Below are positions 53,955 to 64,000 of a DNA stretch of 64,000 nucleotides, piece by piece. The notes under the pieces are model-generated. The model did no database searches, had not been told where the DNA came from, and saw nothing but the letters and a program-made list of their open reading frames with translations. The stretch comes from Octopus sinensis (lineage: Eukaryota). Each line of letters begins with the position of its first letter. The stretch's first letter is position 1. The stretch covers positions 9,300,001 through 9,364,000 of the forward strand of contig NC_043012.1 of NCBI RefSeq assembly GCF_006345805.1. The letters are read 5' to 3'. The position numbers were made by a program, and so were the translations under genes.

Positions 53955-54791
53955 TATATATACATATACATATATATATATATATATGTCAGTGGTTACC
54001 AATTTGTTCACTACCAAATAACCCATGTATTTATGAGAATTGTCTAGTAGTGCCTTCAGAATTTTGAAGGCTCTGTTTTCTGAATTTTATTAAGCAACAG
54101 CAAACTCGTTTCATCATGTTCATCTCTAAACTGAAGTTATATGTGATTAAATACACAATTATATAAATGGCGACGTGAATAAAGAAAATTTTCTCTGTTA
54201 ATGAGATTGTCGACGCCATTTTGTTGCTAATTCGTTGTAGATTCCAGGTGCAATGGTTGTCAGCTTTAAGTACACACCAGATCCCGCGTTCCTAATGTTC
54301 CTCTATTTGCATCTAATGTAAAATAGCTGGGAGAAATCCTGCTTATATGAATATGATGTAGCTAGGAACAGTATTAAACATTTTAATGCTTTGGATGTCA
54401 AAATTGGGCATTCATTTTCCAGATAACTGCTAAATCGGGCGAATTGAAACGTGTACAACACCTAACTGATTATTATAGATAAATATATTTGTTTTAAGTT
54501 AAACATTTTACAGTTTTTACATTTACATGAAAGAAATCCTTAATGAAATAGTTATAGACAGCGGATGAGGAAAATATTCTTTCAAACTGTTCTTTGATAC
54601 TTGTAAGAGCTGAGTGATAAGATTTCTTATTTCTTTCGGAAAGATTATCGTTAGATGTTGCAAGAGTTGAAAAGGATTTGAACACACTTTCCTGTAGATG
54701 ATCCCACTACACATCTAGTTTCATAATAAGGGTTTGCTTTTCAATTACTTTGCAGCCCTTGCAGATTAAAAATAATATATGTCTATTCTTA

Positions 54792-54990
54792 AAGTTTACA
54801 GAAACCAAAAGGCGAAATCAGGTGCGGGAACAACAAGCTGGTGTATTAGTTTAACGCTCGGGAAGAATGGAAAAGTCTTTGACGTTTCGAGCCTCCACTC
54901 TTCGACAGAAAGGATTAGAGGTAAAAAAAAAATGGAGAGAGAATGGAAATGGAGAGAGAAGAAAATGTGTAGATATTAGCGGTTCAACAT
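54792..54990 (-). mobile_element. Hammerhead family 2 element (older)
   Basis: Minus strand 54877-54912 reads CTTT-CTGTCGA-A-GAGT-GGAG-GCTC-GAAA-CG-TC-AAAG. Confidence 0.6.
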
Positions 54991-55080
54991 GACGAAATGA
55001 CTTCGGCCTGCTGAAATGACCGGAATTCTTAAACAAAGGTATTATTAGATGTTTCAGCCACTTAAGTTATAGTCTTATTC

Positions 55081-55480
55081 TTTTACTCTTTTACTTGTTT
55101 CAGTCATTTGACTGCGGCTATGCTGGAGCATCGCCTTTAGTCGAGCAACTCGACCCCAAGACTTATTCTTTGTAAGCCAAGTACTTATTCTATCGGTCTC
55201 TCATGCCGAAGCGCTAAGTTACGGGGACGTAAACACATCAGCATCAAGCGATGTTGGGGAGACAAACACCGACACACAAACATATACACACACATATATA
55301 TATGTATACATATATACGACAGGCTTCTTTCAGTTTCCGTCTACCAAATCCACTCACGAGGCTTTGGTCGGCCCGAAGCTGTAGTAGAAGATACTTGCCC
55401 AAGGTGCCACGCAGTGGGACTGAACCCGGAACCATGTGGCTGGTAAGCAAGCTACTTACCACACAGCCACTCCTACGCCT
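55081..55480 (-). mobile_element. CORE-like SINE (family A), full length
   Basis: All family blocks are present. Confidence 0.92.
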
Positions 55481-56052
55481 ATTCTTGTTTAAGAATAGTA
55501 AATTTGTACTCTGCAAAAGTATGGAGGAACTCGAGAGATTAATGTATTACTGTTTTTGCTATAAATGAACATAAAAAGAAACATTAACACCCCTCCCATA
55601 CAATCGCACATACACACACACGCACACACATATTCACACACACACGCACACACATATTCACACACACACGCACACACACATGTGTGTTTATATATGTATG
55701 TGCATGTTTGCGTATGAGTGTGATCTATGTGCTTTGTTTGTATACATTTGATTCATCTAATATATTTTGATACGTTGGTGTTGTAATAGCTTGCTCGTTA
55801 CCAATTTGATAATGACTCGTATTTGTATGAATATATGATAAAGATCAATGAGAATAGAATAGGGTAGTAACATATCTATGTTAACATATATCTACACATG
55901 TTAACATGTCTCTCTGCTGAAGAGTTAAATATGTTCTCCACAACGTCGTCTGCGGTATACATACACATGCATTCATACACGCGTACGAATATAAAAATAT
56001 ACATACAAACCTATACGCACGTAAATATTGATGCTTATATATATATATATAT

Positions 56053-56257
56053 TTTTTTACTTGTTTCAGTCATTTGGCTACGGCCATGCTGGAGCACCGC
56101 CTTTAGTCGAGCAAATCGACCCCGGGACTTATTCTTTGTAAGCCCAGTACTTATTCTATCGGACCCTATTGCCGAACCGCTAAGTGACGGGGACGTAAAC
56201 ACACACCAGCATCGGTTATCAAGCAATGCTAGGAGGACAAACACAGACACACAAACG

Positions 56258-56293
<36 letters not shown>

Positions 56294-57098
56294 ATATATA
56301 TATATATATTACATATATATATATATATAAAAATATATATATATATATATATATACATATATACACATATACATATATATATATAAGTGACGGGGATATA
56401 AACACACCAGCATCGGTTGTCAAGCAATGCTAGGTGGACAAACGCAGACACAAACACACACACACACACCACATATATATACATATATACGACGGGTTTT
56501 TTCAGCTTCCGTCTACCAAATCCACTCACAAGGCTTTGGTCGGCCCGAGGCAATAGTAGAAGACACTTGGCCAAGTTGCCACGCAGTGGGTCTGAACCCG
56601 GAACCATGTGGTTGGTAAGCAAGCTACTTACCACACAGCCACTCCTACCCCTACGAAATCCATAGATTTCGATGTTACTCTTTTACTTGTTTCAGTCATT
56701 TGACTGCGGCCATGTTGGAGCACCACCTTTAATCGAGCAACTCGACCCCGGGACTTATTCTTTTGTAAGCCCAGTACTTATTCTATCGGTCTCTTTTGCC
56801 GAACCGCTAAGTGACGGGGACGTAAACACACCAGCATCGGTTGTCAAGCAATGCTAGGGGGACAAACACAGACACACAAACACATACATATATATATATA
56901 TACATATATACGACAGGCTTCTTTCAGTTTCCGTCTACCAAATCCACTCACAAGGCTTTGGTCGGCCCGAGGCAATAGTAGAAGACACTTGGCCAAGTTT
57001 CCACGCAGTGGGACTAAACCCGGAACCATGTGGCTGGTAAGCAAGCTACTTACCACACAGCCATTCCTACCACTACGAAATCCATAGATTTCGATGTT
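56053..57098 (-). mobile_element. Rearranged tandem pair of CORE-like SINEs with duplicated flank
   Basis: Copies at 56053-56650 (with an internal duplication at about 56385) and 56677-57070. Flank CTACGAAATCCATAGATTTCGATGTT at 56651-56676 and 57073-57098. Confidence 0.88.
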
Positions 57099-57849
57099 GA
57101 TCAATTTTTCTTTGAACTGTGAATCCTTTGATAACTGTTAGTTCTTAAAGAACAGTGGCATTAAAGAAAGCAGCTGCGCAGGTGAACGGAGATTCCGAAG
57201 TGGGTTGACTTATCCTGCATCTAACATGTAGCTACACGTGTTTAAAAATTACGAATATGGAAGTATCGTCACATTCGCGTGTGACAAGTCGAACGCTGCA
57301 ACGACAGCGACCACACTGAATTTAAGGTCCATGATACACATTGCAGTAGAATGTATTTGAATAATAAAACTTAACAGTTGTGTTGGTGGGGTGCGTATTT
57401 CCAAGTATTATTGCCTTGGCTGCGACGAAAGTTCATCCAGTCGCATGGGTGACATCATATGATCGGTAATTCCTAGTTATTTTCGTCGAGGAACAAAGTA
57501 TAGATAAAAAAATAAGGGTCGTATGAAAGTAAGTTTTACTTGATATTGGAATGGAGTTTGCTTATGGGGATGGAGTTTGCTTTGGATAATGTGATTATGA
57601 AACTGGGAAAAGTACGAATCAGATTAGAAAGAATTGTATCAATTGCAATCATCCTCTCTTTTCGTCATAATTGGAGTGGATAGTATGTTTTTGGGGTAGT
57701 TGTTGCTTATAGATTGTTATTGAGCTTGATCATTTCTTCGTGGTGTGTATCACGATCGCTACTTATATTCTTTGCTCGATGTTTTAGGCACTGAGTAATC
57801 CCTTTTTTACACTGTATGGATGGTGGAAATTGGAGTTGAAATAGATAAG

Positions 57850-59010
57850 GGATGCTAGAGCTACGTAAGATGAATGAAAAGAACTAATAAGATAGAATTT
57901 GTAACAAGGAATATGCTACTAAGGAATATAAAACTAGGAGTAAAATCTATGATACCGGTTGCTATAACTTTCCACATACAATGAACCAGTGTTTATTTTG
58001 GTGTATCTATATACATGCCAACATCTGGGCGGCTCGATTGGACATGTATGAAATCTGGACCGTTGATGTTAAATCCCCAAACATTAACCAATACCATGTT
58101 CTCATTGACACTGATATGGCTTACATCTACCTAAGGGGAAAACAAGATCTATTCAAACAGTCTTTGAAGGATGCATCATATCACTTCGACAACATCTATT
58201 GATCAATGGCAATAGAAGTGCATTTGTTCATAATTGAAATAAATGATAAGGGAGTTGGAAAGGATCTTATCAAAAAATATTCAGAGATCCACAAAAAGGG
58301 ACATACGTCCAGAGAAACTAAACAGCTCCCCTGCAACAGTTGAACAAATGAAAGTATGTATGATTAACATCAGAATGTTATGCTTTGATTTTCAAACGTA
58401 TGGTGTTGAAACTGCATCAAAGTATCTGTCGCTATCGAATGCTAATTGGCTGTAATTACAATGCTATACCACGGGTGATAAGGATGCCGGTAAATGATTG
58501 ATGTGAGACAACCGATATAACACTTGTGAAATTAAGACCGACATCAGTAACAGCTGTTTGAGACATGACGTGGAGAGCATAATCGTTCATATTATGAAAG
58601 AATACTGGTGGAATATTCCTGCCAAAATATTAGTAAAATTTAAGAATACAGTTCATACAAAATGACCTCGAACAACGAAAAGCTAAACGGTGGAAATCAA
58701 TAGCGGAGCAATTTTTAATATACTGTCAAATGTAAGAGAATATGAATTCATTAATGCCAAAATTATGAGCAACCTGCTGTTACACAAACCGGACTCTAAA
58801 TTGTTTTGTGGCAATCAGATATACAACGATCAAACTGAGCACCAACCTTAAGACATTGGGGCTCATTTAACCAGAAAAGGCACAGCCAACGAACTAAAGA
58901 TATTATAAAGTTCGTATTAATTGAGAATTCAGCTCTCACTTAATGGATTATTCAAGCAGTGTGGAAAGAGTCATTTCTGGTACCTAAACATAGGAAAACG
59001 AATGGAAAAA
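57850..59010 (+). pseudogene. Heavily decayed Dong/R4 LINE remnant
   Basis: SIQTVFEGCIISLRQHLLINGNRS from 58148, plus scattered GRLDWT, LRHDV, KEYWWNIP and HKPD motifs. Homologous to 1263-2512. Confidence 0.65.
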
Positions 59011-59468
59011 TTTTAATTAAAAGACAGGGAGTATTTAGGTTGTAGTTCCATATTTATTGTAAAAGTTGCAGTGAAAGCAATTTTTATTTCACTGGTGGTA
59101 TGATGAAGTAGTTTAAAGTTCATCAGAACCACAAATACATCGCTCACAACAACTTATGGCGCCTATCCTGTCACCTACCCTTTGCTTTCTGAACTATGTA
59201 AAAACGCGCAGCCGTGGGCCTGTAATCTGTATCATTGTCACCCGAGATTCAGCTTGTATCACTGAAGCAACGCGTCCAATAAAGACGTTTGCAACTATCT
59301 TGCCTGATTTTGCGATCACAAAAACAGAAACAGCGTTGGGATAGCTACTGAAGTTGTGGAGAGTAATGAAAAAATATCTCTCCAAGGAACAGAAGAAAAT
59401 TCTACTAGAATACTAAAAAATAAACAGAAGAAAAAATTCATAAAGTCTACTAAGAATGTTGTATATAA

Positions 59469-59677
59469 GCGCAGGAGTGGGTGTGTGGTAAGTAGCTTGC
59501 TTACCAACCACATGGTTCCGGGTTCAGTCCCACTGCGTGGACCTTGGGCAAATATCTTCTACTATAGCCTCGGACAGACCAAAGATTTGTGAGTGAATTT
59601 GGTAGCCGGAAACTGAAAGAAGTCCGTCGTATATATATATATATATGTGTGTGTGTATGTGTGGGTGGGTGTGTGTG

Positions 59678-59724
<47 letters not shown>

Positions 59725-59745
59725 ATGTGTAGGTGTGGGTGTGTG

Positions 59746-59786
<41 letters not shown>

Positions 59787-59996
59787 CGGGAAGCTTTATG
59801 AAAATAAACAAAAGACGAAGGCAGGTGGAAAACAAACGAACAATTGTATTAGTATGGCGGTCAGGAAATATAAATAAAACAAGTCTTTAACGTTTCGAGC
59901 CTACGCTCTTCAACAGAAAGATACACAGAGAGAAAAAAAACACAGAAAGACGGAGAGAAAAAAAATGCGTGCAGTAGCTAACGAATCAACATGGCG

Positions 59997-60027
<31 letters not shown>

Positions 60028-60110
60028 TGTGTGTGTGTGTGTCTGTATTTGTCCCCCCTACATCGCTTGACAATCGATGCTGGCGTGTTTACGTACCCGG
60101 CAAAAGTGAT
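59469..60110 (+). mobile_element. CORE-like SINE (family A) interrupted in its internal (TA)n
   Basis: Head 59469-59630 and tail part 60030-60110, with an insert at 59785-59996. Confidence 0.85.
59785..59996 (-). mobile_element. Hammerhead family 2 element nested in the SINE microsatellite
   Basis: Minus strand 59885-59920 reads CTTT-CTGTTGA-A-GAGC-GTAG-GCTC-GAAA-CG-TT-AAAG. Confidence 0.7.
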
Positions 60111-60372
60111 AGTTTTTAGAAATCAACATTTTATGTTCTATGGTATTTGATATACCTGTACTCGTCTATGTTGTTCCTCTACATGCTACTGGCCACTCTG
60201 AGTTATTCCACTTAGCTCAATTTTGTTTAAATTACGAATACAGGCATACACACTTACACAAATATATACATGTATACATACATACATACATAGATGCATG
60301 CATATACACACAGGTGTGCACGTATACTGTACGCACTCACACACAAGCACACAGAAATAAACACACACACAC

Positions 60373-60410
<38 letters not shown>

Positions 60411-60876
60411 GAAGAGAAAGAGGGAGAGAAAAGGAGAGAGAGAGAAAGAGAGAGAGAGAATGCATTTAGTTGTTAGATACTTGGACGTACGTAACTACCA
60501 CTCTTATAATGCCACCATAACTTAGTATCGGAAATGTTAAGCAACAGAATGCCGGTGAGAATATTTCTACATAAGTACCTGAATATTCCATATATTATGA
60601 CATAGAGAGATAAAGATGGCGATCAACACCTCAGGCGCAATCGTCACATGTTGTACGGTAACGAAGTTCGTAAGTTCAGATATAGTTTCAGAATGAAAGC
60701 AATCTTGACGAATTCGCCGATGTACATAACTTTAAATGCAATGAAGAAATATATATATATAATAAACAATGCCCTCTTTTTACTTAGAAATAAATATAAA
60801 TATAGAGGATGCGACGAAATTTTCATTGCTACAAGTATAAAACTACCCGAATAGTCATCAGTTTAATACACACACA

Positions 60877-60927
<51 letters not shown>

Positions 60928-60937
60928 AGAGTTTTTT

Positions 60938-61140
60938 TATCTTTTACTTGGCTGCAGCCTTGCTGGAACATCGCATTCAAGGTTTCTAGTCGGATGAATC
61001 GATCCCACGATTTATTTTTTAAAAACCTGGTATTTATTCTATCGGTCTCTTTGGGTGAGTGGCGAAGTTACGAGGATCCAAACACACCAACACCAGTTGT
61101 CCAGCACTGGTGGGTTGCAAACACAGATACAAAGACATAG
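60938..61140 (-). mobile_element. Old CORE-like SINE 3' part
   Basis: cttttacttg..tgctggaac..tattctatcggtctct..acaccagttgtc. Confidence 0.65.
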
Positions 61141-61382
61141 AGACATAGATATATACATACATACATACACACACACTCACACTCACACGCACCAGTAAAA
61201 TTTAGATTCAGATGAATATGGTACTTAAATTAAAGGCACCAGAATTTGCTATGGTATTATCCATATAAATCAAATACTCTTTTCTCTTTTACTCTTTTAC
61301 TTGTTTCAGTCATTTGACTGTGGCCATGCTGGAGCACCGCCAAATGGGGTGATTATAATCAAAATAATATCCTTGTTGCTTA

Positions 61383-61432
<50 letters not shown>

Positions 61433-62088
61433 ATATATATATGTGTGTGTGCCTATTTATGTATTTATATACATGTAAAGGTGTATATATTTTGCTTATG
61501 TATGTATATATATATATATGTGTGTATGTGTATATGGATATACGCTTATATTTATATATATATTATATTGTACGTGTATCCTGTTTCATGTATATATTTA
61601 TATTTTGAAAGTACTTTATAATCTCTGACGAGGCCTATGGATATATATATAGGTACCTCATTTTTAACTGCCCTATTTTCTAGACCCATTAGCGTATCCT
61701 GTTATGATAACGTACGTATTTTACTCCTTTTATCAATTTACACTCTGTTACCCATAAAGAAAGATTAACCCACCACTTAGTATTTCTAGTTTAGCCATTT
61801 ACTCAACGGTTTGAAGCGTTACACTGCAAAATGATATGATTTGAATATATAAAGCTTTCATTCCTCTGCTTGAGGCTCTTATTTTTTTTTGTTTCTTTTA
61901 TTTAATATATTTTTCTTCACTCTGATGAAGCTCCATGTTCCAGATCGGATTTTTACAAAATATGACGAATATTATTCTCAGAATTTTATTCGGCAACACT
62001 GCAAGACATTTGAAGCAGAAACGTCTGTTAGATGGGATAGTGTTTTGTATTAAAAAATAATAATCGATGGTAATCAATTGTCGTTGAT

Positions 62089-63260
62089 CAGGGTGAGGTA
62101 AGATATTTGAGGACATATCTTTTTGGGGTCATTGATGCATTTTTTTTCGGAAAATAATAATCGAAGACACTCAGCTTCCTCAAGAAATGAAGGGACATGC
62201 TGTCATTGTGGTTATTATGGTTGAGCATAGCGATTTAGAAGTATATTGATTTTTAAAGTTGTCAGATATTTCGTCTATAAAGTTTGTAAGGAGCTAGAGA
62301 CTGAAGATGGAAATATATCACCAGTATCAAAGCATAAAAAGCATTCTAAAAGCTCTGAAATCATCAGAACACCTGAATTCATCCAACAAGTTCAACAGAC
62401 TATTGATTACAATCCCAGAAATTCCGTGAGGTCAATTGCAAAAGATCCCCATGTATCAGAAGGAACAGTCATACATCAGATCTAAATCTTGTATGATGAG
62501 GAAAGGTCAATTTATCTGAAAAAGAAAAAGAAAATCACTACATCAGACCTAAAAGGCTTTTAAACAAACTGTAAAATCCAGCAGAAGATTTGATTTGGTT
62601 TTTCTCGCACGAGAAAAACTTCTATTAAGATCAAAAAGTTAACAGAACTAATGATAGATGGATATGAGAAGAACCTTCTGAAGTTCCAAGTGTTATGCAT
62701 ACAAAGTTTACCCGCAACTGTCATGGCTTGGGGCGTTGTCAGCAATGCAGGACATGTGATACCTCCTTATTTCTTTCCTCAAGGCCTTAGAGTTAACCCT
62801 ACCGCCTACATTAAGGCCCTGGAAATCATTACTAAGCCCTGGATAGACAGTGTATGCAATAGAAGGTCATATGTGTTTCAGTAAGGCTCTGCAATATCAC
62901 ATATGGCTGTACAAACACAGGAATGGATGGCTGAAAATTTTCATGAACACACAACTCATAACATTTCGCCTCCTAATTCCCCAGATCTCAATTCATTAGA
63001 CTATTACATGTGGAGCGTTGTTGAGAGTTAGGTCAATGAACAAGCCCATAACGCCAAAGATTCTTTGAAAGTTGCCATAATCAAGAGTAATGTCCTAAAT
63101 GAACCAGGACCACTTGATTCGAGCATGTAGATGATTTAGATCTCGTATAGAAGCAGTTGTCGAAGCTGAAAGTGGCTTTATTGAATAACATTATTGAAAA
63201 GTTTTATTTTTATCCTCATAATATTTTTGATAGAAAATTTTATGATCTCTTATTATATAT
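62089..63260 (+). pseudogene. Decayed Tc1/mariner-superfamily transposon (maT/DD37D-like)
   Basis: IRTPEFIQQVQQTIDYNPRNSVRSIAKD, WFFSHEKNF, VMAWGVVSNAGHVIPPYFFPQGLRVN, YVFQ*GSAISH, PPNSPDLNSLDYYMWS, FRSRIEAVVEAESGFIE* (stop at 63188). Possible TIR start CAGGGTG at 62089. Confidence 0.8.
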
Positions 63261-63287
63261 CTGTTTTATATATATAAATATCACATT

Positions 63288-63493
63288 CAAAATGTGATCG
63301 CGTGTGTACCGTTGGCGATTTTTTTCCACCGTCTTCCCTCCTTTGGATCTTTCCTATGTTTCTGACGAAGAGCTCCGCTCGAAACGTTAAACCCTCATTC
63401 TTTCCTTCTTTTCTGAGCGTCCAGTAATACTATACTTATTCCATGTCCTCGCGTTGTTGTGTTTTTTCTTTGTGATTTCATGTTTGGATTAAC
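63288..63493 (+). mobile_element. Hammerhead family 1 element
   Basis: 63358-63392 GTTTCTGACGAAGAGCTCCGCTCGAAACGTTAAAC, followed by a long (TA)n tract. Confidence 0.75.
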
Positions 63494-63676
<183 letters not shown>

Positions 63677-64000
63677 AGCCACAACTTAAAATAACTTCGA
63701 GTTAAACAGATTATCGGATAAATCGCCCAAATCAACATTGGTTAGCGATATTGCCATAAACAAAATCCGAAATATCGATACCTACTACAATAAGAACAAC
63801 ATCAATAGCATCAGCGATGTAGTTCTAGACAGTATTATCACTGAAAATACAAGAAGATTACAGCTGATGCGTACGCCCAGTGTCACTAAATATATTTCAT
63901 ATCGTATCCAAACTTTGGCTGAAGGAAAATATAAATACTAAATCTTTTTCATATATGGCTTTGGATGATATTTGGAGACAGGTACAAAACATTGAGTTGA

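Noticed and set aside
61625-61830. CTGACGAGGCC possible hammerhead start
   Set aside because: No closing GGCC-GAAA or stem I partner could be found.

Overview
AT-rich, microsatellite-saturated animal genomic DNA with no host protein-coding exon I can recognise, so it is probably intronic or intergenic. The repeat families and the dense (TA)n/(TATC)n/(AAT)n tracts point to a cephalopod, most likely Octopus (inference). Contents: (1) about 20 copies of a tRNA-headed CORE-like SINE with an internal microsatellite; (2) many Nin/Deu-domain SINEs, several with target-site duplications (TSDs); (3) tRNA-Arg-headed SINEs with alternative tails; (4) decayed Dong/R4, RTE and CR1-like LINE fragments; (5) remnants of Chapaev3-like, mariner and maT/DD37D-like transposons; (6) a non-autonomous Helitron; (7) several foldback elements. 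The most notable signal is a set of short elements, mostly inserted in or beside (TA)n tracts, that carry minimal Penelope-type hammerhead ribozyme motifs. These include a canonical family identical in three copies, a family with a fixed A6U core change, and a copy with the C3-G8 core pair swapped to G3-C8. Also notable is a 144-bp segmented hairpin element inserted into a Dong LINE. Most ORFs in the supplied track are microsatellite or SINE artefacts. Everything was read by eye: family names are pattern recognition rather than search results, and ribozyme activity is untested.
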